Shown here: positions 1 to 12,199 of the stretch, in pieces | Numbering within the stretch: position 1 is the first letter of the stretch | How the letters are laid out: every line of letters starts with the position of its first letter | Source: Mobula hypostoma | Lineage: Eukaryota | Reading direction: 5' to 3' | DNA length: 64,000 nt | Assembly (NCBI RefSeq): GCF_963921235.1 | Contig: NC_086097.1 | Location: 81,098,001 to 81,162,000 of the forward strand | The notes under the pieces: generated by a model | The model's database searches: none | Seen by the model: only the letters and a program-made list of their open reading frames with translations | Told to the model about the DNA's origin: nothing | Position numbers and translations under genes: made by a program

Positions 1-1010
1 GGCAGGTATTAAAGGCAATGGAGTTGAGGTCACAGGGCGCCTGGATGAAATGGGATCTTCCCAAGCGCAAGATCACTTGGGCAGAGCTTTGGAGGCTGGA
101 GCCCTTCCACATTTCTTTCCTCCTGCGGCCTGTGTATGATACCATCACAGTTGCACACATGGGGGCTGACAGAGAGCCCTAATGGCAAGCTTTGTAGTCA
201 GTAAGGTTCAGTGTCACACATACTGTCAGGATGCAAAACAGCTTGAACACAAGAACGGTATAGCTGGCAGCACGACAAGGTCCTGCTGTCCCTTGCTGAC
301 ACACTGGAGTGGCAGAAGTGTAAAAAGAGACCAGCTGGCAGACAGGCAAACAGGGCAGTCATTTTCATCAAGGAGAGGGCCACGCTAGTCATATCAAAGA
401 GGCCTAAATTTAATCTGCTGCAAACTGCCAAATCATGGGAGAAGAGGGTCATTGTGGGGAGGAAGCTGCAGTTCCCGGAGGTGGTACAAACCACACTTTG
501 ACCAGATATCGTACTGTGGTCCACCAAAGACAAGAAAATCATCCTGGTGGAGCCCACAGTACCATGGGAGGAAGAATGTGAGGAGGCTCACGAGAGGAAG
601 GCCCTGAAGTACCAGTCCTTAGTCCAGGAGTGCAGGGACAAAGGACGGCAGTTGTGGCTATTTCCCGCGCAGATTGGCTCTAGAGGGTTTCTGGCAAGGT
701 CAGCATGGAGGTTGCTCTCTACGCTGGGCCTTGATGAAAAGAACCAGAACCAAGCAGCTCACAGGATGGGGGAGGAAGCAGAAAGAGCCTCTTGCTGGAT
801 ATGGAGCAAGCGAGAGGAGTTGAGGTGGAACTCGGAAGCAGATGGGCAGTGACTTGGCCACCACTGCCGACCCAACAGCTAGAGAGTGTAGTTGTTAAGG
901 GATGAAACACTCTATGAAGGCTGGGAACCACATGATGACATCTGCTCCTGCCCAAAGGCCATGGTTACCTCATCAGGTAACTGTAGAGAGCACCCCGGTA
1001 TATGATGCAA
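1..1010 (+). mobile_element. HERO-like (R2 superfamily) non-LTR retrotransposon, decayed 3' part with zinc knuckle and restriction-like endonuclease
   Basis: Joined frames read QGAWMKW..RKITWAELWRLEP..ISFLLRPVYD, KLC..SHILSGC..RYSWQHDKVL, TTL*PDIVLWS..IILVEPTVPWEE..AHERKALKY..SRGF. Stop at 850-852, then a probable 3' UTR. Contains stops and frameshifts; the element runs off the window start. Confidence 0.85.
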
Positions 1011-1814
1011 AATCTTTGCTAGATTCCTGATGACTCTCAGACCCAACTGAAATCCCTTTCCCATCGTTGCTCTATTATTACATCAATCTCTCTGAAAAAT
1101 TACCACCTGATTTCAATCCCACTTTTTCTATATCAAAGTAATTATCAAACGACAAACAGCTCTTTAACTGTTCCTCAACTCCTACCAACCCGATTCATTT
1201 TTACAAATTTTTTCATATGTAATCATTCTCAAATAAATGCATGAATTTATCTCAAACAATTATACATAGGAAAACAGATAACAAACAGTCCCCTGGGCAA
1301 CATTCTAAAATAATTCCCCATCCCCACCCAATTAACCTACACAATGACTTCAGACTTACTAGAGTGGGATTTCCTCCATTTACATTAGAGTTGCCTTTCA
1401 CAGCTCCAAGTGCTGGACAACCATGGTTGCATATTTGCAATTGCTTGAAATTCATCAATGCAACCATAATCTTCTGTCTACACATTTAATGTAACTGGGA
1501 GTCAGAACCATTATTGTATGCCTTCAGAAGTAATGCAGGAAGTCACTTATAAATATTACTCTATATGCACTGTGTTGTTTATGCTAGATGTTACGCACCA
1601 CAAATGTGTCTGGTATTAAGGTGTATTAATCAATTGTATACACTCCAGTCATTTCATTGCATATATAAAAGGCATATTATTGATAAATTGCTGAATACTT
1701 AAAGCTCTAGCTATAGCTGTTGAGCCTTCAGTGAAATCTTAAAGTAAGCAGCAATAACAAAACAGGAAAATTAGTGTGACATAACACCACCACTGGACTA
1801 AAGATACATTTATA

Positions 1815-2497
1815 TTAGATTAGATTATGAGGACACTCAGTCCTCGTTTATTGTCATTTAGAAATGCATGCATTAAAAAATGATACAACGTTCCTCCAGA
1901 GTGATATCACAAGAAAACACAGGCCAAACCAAGACTAAAACTGACAAAACCACATAATTATAACATATAGTTACAACAGTGTAAAGCAATACCATAATTT
2001 CATAAAGAGTAGACCATGGGCATGGTAAAAAAAAAAGTCTCAAAGTCCCGATAGACTTGTCATCTCACACAGGTGGCAGAAGGGAGGAACTCTCCCTGCC
2101 ATGAACCTCCAAGCACCGCCAACTTGCCGATGCAGCACCATTGGAAGCACCCGACTGCAGTGGACTCTGAGTCCGTCCGAAAACTTCAAGCCTCCAACCA
2201 GCCCCTCCGATACAGACGCTCCAAGCATCATCCTCTGCCAAGCGCTTCGACCTCGTCCCGGCCGCCGATCAACAAGCAAAGCCGAGGACTCAGGGCCTTC
2301 TCCTCCAGAGATTCTGGACCACACAGTAGCAGCAGCAGCGAAGCAGGCATTTCAGAAGTTTCACCAGATGTTCCTCCGTGCTCTCATGTCCATCTCCATC
2401 AAATCAGGATTGTACACGGCACACTACTTGACAAATAACAGACATCACCACCAGAGTGGCCACTGCGAGCTGCATCACGCCGCCATCTTCTCCTCTC
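1815..2497 (-). mobile_element. Non-autonomous LINE-derived retroelement (SINE-like), copy A
   Basis: On the minus strand it starts near AAGATGGCGGCG and ends AATGACAATAAA..GAGGACTGAGTGTCCTC (hairpin) followed by (AATCT)n. Colinear with 2952-3569 in reverse complement. Confidence 0.75.
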
Positions 2498-2639
2498 GCC
2501 TTACCTTACTAAACTAAGAGCATACAGCTGTCTTGTAAATGTATTTGACAGATCATAGCCACAGGGAAATGACAATAGCGAGAAAAATGGTGAAAGAGGA
2601 CTACAGAGAGAAGGAGTGAGAAAAGGAAGGGGAGCCTCC

Positions 2640-2783
2640 CACTCCAACTTTCAAATCTCCTACTCACTCTTCCTTCAGTTAGTCCTGACGAAGGGTCTCG
2701 GCCTGAAACGTTGACTGCACCTCTTCCTAGAGATGCTGCCTGGCCTGCTGCGTTCACCAGCAACTTTGATGTGTGTTGCTTGA
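2640..2783 (+). mobile_element. Penelope-like element pseudo-LTR fragment with hammerhead motif
   Basis: Matches the 3' unit of the GIY-YIG-bearing copies at 5005-5980 and 28185-28822. Confidence 0.85.
2681..2716 (+). ncRNA. Minimal type-I hammerhead ribozyme motif
   Basis: AGUC-CUGACGA-AGGGUCUCGGCCU-GAAA-CGUU-GACU: stem I AGUC/GACU, core boxes CUGANGA and GAAA, a stem II hairpin, and palindromic ACGU in place of stem III. Confidence 0.75.
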
Positions 2784-2951
2784 GGAAAACTTTGTGGCTT
2801 CTCAAACTGTCGTTTCGGGGACAGATATTAGCCTAGAATCAGACTCAAAGCTCCGCTAACATGAATCATCCCCAGGTTTAAACCAAAACTTATCACCCTG
2901 ATTTAAAGGTCATAACTATCCTAAGACAACCCGAAGGCTTGAAGGGTGGAA

Positions 2952-3569
2952 GGAGGAGAGAAAGCAGCGCGCCGTGAATGCGCAGCTCTCCGGTGAAAAA
3001 TGATATCGTATCTGTTAAATAGAGGCCGTGGACAATTCTGATTTGATGGAGAGGGATGTGAAAGAACAGAGGAACATCTGGAGAAATTTCTGAAATGCTC
3101 ATTCGCTGCTGTCATACTGCATGGTCGGGGATCTTCCAGAAGGTAGGCCTCAAAATCCCCGGTTTTGCCTGCTGTTGGCGACAAGATTGAGGTCGAATCG
3201 CTCGGACAGAGATGGCGCTCAGTACTCGGTGTCGGAGAGCTGATTCGGAGGCTCGAAGTTTTCGGATTACTCAGAGATGGATTGTGGTCGGGCATGGCAG
3301 GAAGAGTTTTTCTTCCTTCTCCCGTCTGCATAAGATGTGGGACATTTGAGAGATTTTGAACTTTTACTGTGCTCATGGACTTCTTCATCAAGTTATGGTA
3401 TTGTTGCACTGTTGTAACTATATGTTATAATTATGCGGTTTTGTCAGTTTTTTCAGTCTTGGTCTGTCCTGTGTTTTGAGATATCACACCGGAGGAAATA
3501 TTGTATCATTTCTTAATGCATGCATTACTAAATGACAATAAAAGAGGACTGCGTGTCTTCATAATCTAA
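2952..3569 (+). mobile_element. Non-autonomous LINE-derived retroelement (SINE-like), copy B
   Basis: Diverged reverse complement of 1815-2497. Ends AATGACAATAAAAGAGGACTGCGTGTCTTCATAATCTAA. Confidence 0.75.
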
Positions 3570-4315
3570 AGAGGAAATGAAATCTGTCTAGAACTCCACC
3601 TGAATTGAGGAGTGAAAGAAAAGGATTTTGAATTCAAAACCCTGAGCTGTTTGTGGAAGAGTTTGTATAAATAGTGTATTTCATGCCGGACATGATGCAC
3701 TGGATTAGTCCCCATTTACAAACTCTATTTAAAGTAATATTCCATTTCCACTGAAATCTTAGAATAGAGCTTCTAGATGAATGGTTATCAGCAGGAAGCA
3801 GAAAAAGAACGCTGACAGCAAAACCGACAATGAACAACTAACAATTTCGGATCATTTTGCCAACTGCTACTTAGGAAACCACGTTTAAACTAGACTGATT
3901 TTGCAACATGCTATTAAAGCTGACTTTGATATGCATAGAAAAACCTTGAATGCATGCATGTGCTTTTGCAAACAGCACCTTGCCTAGAACATCAATTTGC
4001 AACCAATAGCAATGATATCACACAACAGATGGTCTGCAGGAAACATTCCTATTCATGACATGTTCTATAAAAGTTTAAAACATACATCCTTCATTGTTAT
4101 CTGATTTATCTTACAATTCTAAGGCAAACATTGGTAGCATATTAGCCAACTCTAATGACAAAGACCGGGATTCAGATACACAGAGGCTGTTTATTAACAT
4201 ATCAACAACTAGCAACATCTACAAAACCCAGATAAGAAACTGAATATTTCTTCTAAATCCATCACATAATTTTAGTCCTATTTCAGCTGTTAAAAAATCA
4301 GAAAGAACAGAATAC

Positions 4316-4474
4316 CTTTATGGCAGATTTCGATCGACAGTAACAAATTGCAGCAACTTTGAATTCTGCGTGCTGAAGTGATTGGGGCGTCAAAAGGAAG
4401 TGAGCTATTGATCACATCAGTGAATGCTTCCGTTAAATTCTCAGCTTTTAGTTTCACCACGTTGGTGACCACAT
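4316..4474 (-). CDS. Candidate internal coding exon (159 nt, phase 1-1) of an unidentified gene
   Basis: ttttctaag|AT GTG GTC...CAT AAA G|gtattc. Open frame VVTNVVKLKAENLTEAFTDVINSSLPFDAPITSARRIQSCCNLLLSIEICHK in unique DNA that retains CpGs. No homolog recognised. Confidence 0.25.
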
Positions 4475-5004
4475 CTTAGAAAATGCTGTAATTACAACAT
4501 TTGCATATCTTCCAAAATGATTACCACTCTTTTAAACTACTCAAAATGTCAGAGCAACACCTTATGTAAAATTGTTCTGCTATTTGTTGCTCTATCATTT
4601 CTCTTCCTAGTGACATAATAATTAGTATTGATTGGCAAAGTTATTTTTAAAGAATATCCCCCAAAATAAATCTACTTTAAGAATTAATCACTGAAGAATA
4701 TTTTGATTTCTAAGACAGAAAGAAACCATCCAAAAATACTTAAATTCTCTTAAAGGTTGATTGAAGATTGAACAGAATGCATAGCATTCTTTCCCCAAAG
4801 GTTTCCAGAATAACTAAATGATTCAAGCATTTCTCTTGCCCTAATTTCAAGTAATATGCTGTTACTGAAACCATCTACTGCTGAGAGAAAGAAGGTTAGG
4901 TATCATAGAGTTATAAAGTCATAGAACAGTACAGAAACAGGCCCTTCAGTTCATCTAGTCTGTGCCAAACTATTTCTGCTCTTACCCCATCCTCCTGCCA
5001 CCCT

Positions 5005-5980
5005 ACTAGGGATAGCGTTCTTCTTATCCTCACCTACCACCTCACCAGCCTCCGAGTCCAGCACATAATTCTCTGCAACTCCCGCCTTCTCCAACAGGAT
5101 CCCACCACCAAGCACATCTTTCCCTTCCCCCAGCTCTCTACTTTCTTCAGGGATAGCTTTCTACGTGACTCCCTTGTCCATTCATCCCTCCCCACTGATC
5201 TCCCTCCTGGCACTTATCCTTGCAAGCAGAAAAAGTGCTACACCTGCCCCTAACCACCATTCAGGACACTTCACCTGTGAGTCTGTTGGGGTCATATACT
5301 GTGTCTGGTGCTCCCGGTGTGGCCTCCTGTGTATCGGTAAGTTCTGACCTACACTGGGAGACCACTTCACTGAGCAGCATCCGCCAGAAGAATCAGGATC
5401 TCCCAGTGGCCACTCATTTTAATTCCACTTCCCATTCCCATTCTGATATGTCAATCCTCTGCTGTTGCAATGAGGCCACACTCAGGTTGGAGGAACAACA
5501 CCTTATATTCTGTTTGGATAGCCTCCAACCTGATGGCACGAACATTGATTTCTCGAACTTCCGGTAATGCCCCACCCTCTTCATCATTCCCCATCCCTTT
5601 TCCCTCTCTCACTTTATCTCTTTGCCTGCCCATCACCTCTCTCTGGTGGTCCTCCCCGTTTTTCTTTCTTCCATGGCTTCTGTTTTCTCCTGTCAGACTT
5701 CCCCTTCTCCAGCCCTGAATCTCTTTCACCAAATCAACTTCCTGGCTCTTTACTTCATCCCTCCCCCCCCCCCCCCCACAGTTTCATCTATCACCTCGCT
5801 CCCCTCCCCCACCATTTAAATCTACCCAACTTTCTTTTTCTCCAGTCCTGCTGAAGGGTCTCCACCTGAAATGTTGACTGTACTTTTGTTTCCCTATAGA
5901 TACTGCCTAGCCTGCTGAGTTCCTTCAGCATTTTGTGCGTATTGCCTGGATTTCCAGCATCTGCAGATTTTCTCTTGTTT
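5005..5980 (+). mobile_element. Penelope-like element (Neptune-type) 3' fragment: GIY-YIG endonuclease remnant plus pseudo-LTR with degenerate hammerhead (5843-5880)
   Basis: PPGTYPCKQKKCYTCP..HFTCESVGVIYCVWCSRCGLLCIG and PVATHFNSTSHSHSDMS..RLEEQHLIF..LQPDGTNIDFSNF; then CAGTC-CTGCTGA..GAAA-TGTT-GACTG. Confidence 0.85.
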
Positions 5981-7202
5981 ATTATTCTGCCTTGTCACAT
6001 TGACCTGCATCTGGAGCACAGACCCCCAGGATCCTCTCGTCTATGTACTTAATCCAAATTTCTTTTAATGCTGAAATCACACAAAATGCTGGAGGAGATC
6101 AACTGATCAGGCAGCATCTATGGAAATTAATGAACAGTTGATGTTTCAGGCTGAGATCGTGCTCTCTTTTCCACCCTAAAAACCTGTGATGATGCTTTGA
6201 AGGAATTATGAATCAGTATTCCAAGATTCCACCATTCTACCATACTACTCAGTGCCCTACCATTCACCATGAAAATACGACTCTGGTTTGCTCTCCCAAA
6301 TTGCAATACCTCACATTTGTCCACATTAAATTCCATCTACCATTTTTCAGCCCATTTTTCCAGCTGGTGCTGATCCCACTGCAAGTTTTGATACCCTTCC
6401 TCACTGTTGACTCTACCCCCATTTCTCGATGTCACCCACAAATTTGCTGATCTAGTTTACCACATTTTTATTCAAATGACAAACAGCAATGGCTTCAACA
6501 TTGATCCCTGTAGCACACCACTAGCCACATGTCTCCAGTCAGAGAGGCAACAATCTACTGACACTCTCTGGCTTCTCTTGTAAAGCCAATGTTGAATCCA
6601 ATTTACTTCCTTATCCTGAATGACAAGTGACTGAACCTGCTTGACCAATCTCCCACATGGTAACTTATCAAAGGCCTTGCTAAAGTCGATGTAGACAACA
6701 ACCACTTACTTTCCTTCATCAACTTTCCTGGTAACTTCCTTGAAAAGTTATATAAGATTGGTTAGGCATGACCTACCATGCACAAAGTCATGTTTACTAT
6801 CCTTAATCAGTCCCTGTCTGTCTACTTATTAATATATCCTGTCCCTTTGAATTGCTTTCAATAACTTACACGCTACATATCTCCGGCTCACCAGCATGAA
6901 ATTTCCCTTCTTATTCTTGGAGTTTTTCTTGAACAAGGGAACATTAGCTATTTTCCAGCACCAAACCCGCGGCTAATGAAGTTTTAAATACCTTTACTGG
7001 AGCCCCTGCAGTTTCTACACTAGCCTTCCACAAGACACAAAGGAACATGTTATCAGGCCCTGTTGATTTATCTACTCAAATTTGTCTCAAAGTCAGTAAG
7101 CACCTCCTCCTCTATGATCCGTACATGGTCCCATGACCACACTGTGATTTTCTCTCAGTTCCATAGACTCTGTGTTCATCTTGTAAGTAAATACAGATGC
7201 AT

Positions 7203-7360
7203 AGAAACTCTGCAGGTCAGACAATATCTATGGAAATGAATAAACAGTCGACATTTCAGGCTTAGACTCTTCAACAGGACTGCAAAGGAAGGGTGAAGAT
7301 GCCAGAATAAAAACGTGAGGGGGAGAGCGAGGAGAAGAAAGACAAACTAAAAGGTGATAG
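7203..7360 (-). mobile_element. Penelope pseudo-LTR fragment with hammerhead variant (7245-7282)
   Basis: Minus strand CAGTC-CTGTTGA-AGAGTCTAAGCCT-GAAA-TGTC-GACTG, inserted in a CR1. Confidence 0.75.
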
Positions 7361-8094
7361 GGTCTCAATATCTCTTGAAAAACCAAATTTCTTCAAACCT
7401 GTTAGCCTTGCCTTTTATTCTGACAAAAACATACCAACACTGTACTCTCAAAATTTCACTTTGAAGGCCTCCCACTTACCCAGCATTCCTTTGCTAGAAA
7501 GCAAACTATGTCAATCCACATTTGCCAGATCCTTTCTGATACCATCTTAATTGACCTTTCTCCAATTTGGAATCTCAACCCAAGGATCAGACCTATCCAT
7601 AATTATCTTGAAACATGCTTGACGAAAAGAATATGCCAACTAATGGGTATGAATTTTGTGCCTGCTTGTGTGTAAATAATGATTCGTGCAACAATTATTT
7701 TACTTTGATAGAAATACCTTTTATATTCTATTGTGTATAAACAATAAACTAAAATAGCCAGCTTGATTCTACAGGTAATATTTGGCCGGTGACTCGCTTT
7801 GAAATACAAACGTTTGTAGGATTGGCAGAAGTTATAACAACTGCTGTTTTGGGGTCAAATTAAAATGGTAGTCTGGAAGGTTAGACACATCGAAGCATGA
7901 AGACATAACCTTTCAATGAACCATAAAGGCATACATTTGAAATTTTATATTTAACATTTTTTAAAATTCCAAATTAAATCAACCGAGGGCCGTGACAGAT
8001 ATTTCTGTTGAAATTGAAGTGCACACAAGAGCCTTGTAAAGGAATGTGCTATATAAAAAAACATAGAACTATCCTGTCATGCAGTTAGAAAGTC

Positions 8095-8618
8095 CATTAC
8101 TGTGCAAGTGTCTTAAACTAGGGTGCCTAAGACATTTGCACAGTATCATAGTAATCCTATGTATTGCACTGTAATCCTGCTACAAAACAAAACAGATTTC
8201 ATTACATATGTGAGTGATGATAAACCTGATTCTGATATGGGTCTCTATTGTGGACAGAGTGGGAAAGGGTAGGGAGAGGGGAATCATGTTGGGAATAGGG
8301 GAAGACAGAGAAGAGGGATCAGAAGGCAGTAGAGAGGCATTCCATAATGATGAATAAACCAATTGTTTGGAATCAGTGAGCTTGCCTGATCTATCAGGGC
8401 TGGGTGAGTCTGCACCCTTGCCAACCCCCAACCCTGGCACTCCTTCTCTGCCATTTGTCCCACATCCCTCCCCCGGCACACCACCATCACCAATATTCTT
8501 TGCTCCCACCAGATTTGCAAATTCGGTCTCCTCTCCACTTTGACAAATACAGTACCACACAAAAGAATTAGGCACCCTAGCACCATATATATGTGCCTAA
8601 CATTTTTGCACAGCATTG
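8095..8618. mobile_element. Composite non-autonomous Tc1-like element bounded by two palindromic mini-MITEs
   Basis: 8095-8148 (TACTGTGCAA..TTGCACAGTA) and 8550-8618 are each self-complementary and mutually inverted (TAGGGTGCCTAA / TTAGGCACCCTA). The interior includes a LINE-type 3' tail (..GATAAACCTGATTCTGA). Confidence 0.6.
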
Positions 8619-8778
8619 TACTTTCCAAGATTTCTACTGCAAGATACCGGATAATAAAATTAAACAACTGGATACTTTAAAAGGAAGTTAGCACCTATTT
8701 TGATTCTCCAATAGGAAATAGAAAGAGACCATATTTCATGTTATTTCTCTAGATTAATATTTCTCAGATGTTGCATTT

Positions 8779-9272
8779 TGGGATTAAAAAATATAGAGAT
8801 CAACAATCCTTTTCCAATTTGTATTTGACCCAAACATCATGGGCTTTAATGATGTTTTCAACAAGATGATCCCTTTTAACATAGTCATATGGTTTTACAT
8901 TTGGGGAATCACTTGGTGTATTGTAGCAGGCACTTCTTTTACCTTCTATCTGTCATGACTGAAACCACAAGTCCCCTGCAAATATCCATGGCAAAATGAT
9001 ATATCTTTAACTCCTTTCATTCATCAATGACAATACTTTCCACAGAGATACTGAAATGGGATTGGTTTTCAATATGAAGCTTCCTTGGGATTAAAAATTA
9101 TAGAGATCAACAGTCCTTTTCCAGTTTATCTCATCCAAGCATCATGCACTTTCATGATGCTTTATCAGGATGGTCCCATTTCTTTACGCAGTCAGGCGCC
9201 TTTATATTTGGAGAATGGTTAGTTGAATTGTAGCATGCACCCGTTTTGCTCTCCATCTGTGATAACAGAACT
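8779..9272. repeat. Old diverged direct duplication (~190-bp units at 8779-8965 and 9085-9272)
   Basis: Both units start TTGGGATTAAAAA.TATAGAGATCAACA.TCCTTTTCCA and stay colinear to ..ATCTGT.AT.AC.GAA. Confidence 0.85.
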
Positions 9273-9894
9273 TCTCAGAAAATAGAACAGGACTTCTATC
9301 AGAATGCAGCTGAGAAAGAGTAGCCAAAAAACTCCCAATTTAGTGTTTTAATGCTTTTAAGATGGCTCAAATCTTCACCTGAAACCGGAGGTCATCATAA
9401 ACTTTAGAAAATATAGCGAGCAGAGTGCATTTCAAGTGTTTTATTACGTGGCCTTCTGTGTGATTCTAAGGCAGGGAGCTTTCTGTTTCAAGGTACAATA
9501 GAAATATGAAGAGAGTTGAATACAGATTAACCTTGTTCTAATTTCATGATTGAGAAGGATTGAGGTTGTGAACTTCTAACATCCACACACCAGGTGATAA
9601 ATCTACAACAAAAGTTTTCCATGCCTTCTTTGAAAGCCGAAAACATTTACCCATTGAAGGGCCGTGAATTTCTTTATTCCCAACTCCCCAACACATTCAG
9701 ATCCTCTGATAAGTGTGCAATGGACAAGGAAATCTATGTATTTTATGATAACCTTCATCTCACACCTGATGTTTCAAAGTTGTCTTATGATTATTTCCAG
9801 AGAACTCCCAATTCCCTGAAGAAAGATAACACCATTTTGAAATCACACTGATGCAGGAAATCACGCCTCATTGCTTTTTATTCTATTTATTCTT

Positions 9895-10650
9895 TTTTTT
9901 GGGTTGAGGGACACTGTTAGCAATGTCAGCATCATTGTCAAACCGTAACTGCTTAAGAGAAGGAAGCAGTGAGCCACTGTGAAGTTCTCAACTGCTGAGA
10001 TATTGCCAAATGGGGAGTTCCAGGACTCAGACCAAGAGATACTGAAGAAGCAAATGGCATACATCCTTCTGAGGAGGATGTGTGGCAAGGAGGGGAACCT
10101 AGCAGTGGTGATGCTTTCAAGCAGTTGTTGCCCCATCCTTTCTTGGTGACAGATGCACAGTATTTTGGAGGTGGTGTTGAGATAACCTTGGTGACTGTTT
10201 TATAAACAGCATATTCGGCAGTCATGGTTTTCCGGTGGAGAAAAGAAAGGATGCTTCAGTTGATGAATGGGTGCCAAGCTCATGACTGTTGTTGGAATTG
10301 TTCTCCTCATGCAATGACACGTGCTGGCTCACACCTTGTAGATTGGAAAAAGGCTCTGAGGTATCAGGGCATGCTGCAGTATACCCTGCTCTTGTAGATA
10401 CAGATTTGCTGTGGACACCCCAGTTGAATATCTTGGAGGACACAGTGGAAGATAACTGAGTCCAGGACACTGTTCAGAGGAATTCCTCCAGTGGTGTTCT
10501 TGGGTTGGGATAATTGACTTCTACCAAGCACATCCACATTCCTCATGGTGAGGTTTAACTCTGCTCATTTGACAACTTCCTTGATGCCCATTGAATTCAG
10601 GGTTGTCTGTGCTCACTAGACCTACATTTGGCCAAGTGCTACCTTGATAG
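9895..10650 (-). mobile_element. Ancient, heavily decayed CR1-group LINE remnant
   Basis: Higher-GC block with residual similarity to the 3' RT region of LINEs as I recall it; no intact motifs. Confidence 0.4.
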
Positions 10651-10924
10651 AAGCACTTAACTGAAGTACATGAACAATGAATATGGTTTTTATTTAGTGA
10701 TAATTATATGACATTCCAGATATTAAGTGAATTTAAACAATAGATTTAAGGTCAACTATATGAATTGTTACTAATCCAGTAATGTAACCACCTTTGACTT
10801 AATTATTACATGGTACAGTCATCATCCCTGCTTTCTTAAAGTGCCTTCCCAGTGCCCAATTCATATTTATTTCTATTAAGGAAGTGTTCAAGATTATATG
10901 GAAGAAAAAATGTGATCTTCTCCC

Positions 10925-11375
10925 TCTTTACAAGGATGTTGCCTGGATTGGAGGGCGTGCCTTATGGGAATAGGCTGAGCGAACTTCGCCTTTTCCCCTT
11001 GGAGTGTCGGAGGCTGAGAGGTGACCAGATAGAGGTGTATAAGATGATGAGGGGCATTGATTGTGTGGCTAGCCAGAGGCTTTTCCCCAGGGCTGAAATG
11101 GCTAACACAAGGGGGCATAGTTTTAAGGTGCTTAGAAATAGATACTGAGGGGATGTCAGGGGTAAGTTTTTCACACAGAGTGGTGGGTACATGGAATGCA
11201 CTGCTGGCGGCGGTGGTGGAAGCAGATACAATAGGGTCTTTTAAGAGCCTCTTAGATAAGTATATGGAGCTTAGAAAAATAAAGGGTTATGCACTCAGGA
11301 AATTCTAGATTAGGTTACATGGTCGGCACAACATTGTGGGCTGAAGGGCCTGTAATGTGCTGTAGATTTCTATAT
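10925..11375 (+). mobile_element. CR1 LINE 3' fragment
   Basis: FTRMLPGLEGVPYGNRLSEL.LFPLE.RRLRGD.IEVYKMMRGID..TRGHSFK; 3' UTR GGGCTGAAGGGCCTGTAATGTGCTGTAGATTTCTAT. Confidence 0.9.
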
Positions 11376-12199
11376 TTAATTGAGGAGTTAACCTAAAATC
11401 AGGCATGTTTTCAGGCTTCCTTCAATTTTACTCAATGTGAGGGTTCTATTTTGCCCCAAATGCAGCAAAGGGCTTGTTTCTATGAGTACCTGCAGCATGG
11501 TTTGGTCAGATTACTGGTTTTTCTGCTCATCCATAGTGAGCCCATCAATATTATAGCTGTCTCTACACGCTTGAGCTGAATGGTTATCAGACAGAGCATA
11601 AATGAAGCTCAGCTTTCATTACTTTAGCTTTGCTTCACATGACCAATGACCAAAAACAGCCTCAATGATCCAGTCCAGCCAGGCAAAGATAAGACACGGA
11701 GAGAAATTCAGTGCTGGATAGCGACATCTTATCCTCAAATGCTATCATTCCAGTTATTATTTTCTATGCATGAGTTCTCTTTTTCAAATTAAAGGAAGCC
11801 CTTTTGGGAAATCAAAATTGCTTGCTAAGGATTTTACCCTTCTTACTAATATGTTCAAAGTTGTGTTTATTGTGACTGATATTATGGTTATGTAAGAGGC
11901 ATATTAAGCTGAATTTTAATGCAGTAAATTTGGTGTAATAAGTCTGTCCAGTTCTTGAAAAGTGAGTACAAGGAGTAATTATTTAACAGATTGTGAATAT
12001 GAATAATCTATATTTCCACAGAGAACACCAGGCATGTTAATTAGGAAGTGTGTACATATTTAGGTTAGCTTGATAGTTGTTCATTATTAATAGTGATGAT
12101 TCGTGTGACTGTTGTTAGGTTTTTCATTATAACTGTATGATTGCATCAGTTACTTTGGTTTATTCGTCTAACTATACAGATCCCAAGCATGTTATTTAT

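Larger units (their letters stand above)
4905..7605 (-). mobile_element. Decayed CR1 LINE ORF2/3' end, interrupted by Penelope-derived insertions
   Basis: Frames MEFNVDKCEVLQFGRAN and VYIDFSKAFDK..VASGVLQGSML.PLLFVI; CR1-type 3' tail near 4910-4950. Confidence 0.85.

Noticed and set aside
895..950. GAAAC ... ATGATGA in the HERO 3' UTR as a permuted hammerhead
   Set aside because: The core box is ATGATGA rather than CTGATGA, and I could not form the three stems in register.
1252..1485. Minus-strand ORF with a good donor (CTA|gtaagt near 1360) as an exon
   Set aside because: No convincing pyrimidine tract or acceptor, and the peptide is not recognisable.
2040..3409. Overlapping 94-162 aa ORFs as genes
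   Set aside because: They lie in GC-rich non-autonomous repeats, are open on both strands, and show no domain motifs.
8950..9020. FCHGYLQGTCGFSHD (minus strand) as a CCCH zinc finger
   Set aside because: One cysteine and the spacer are missing and the frame is closed by nearby stops; likely chance.
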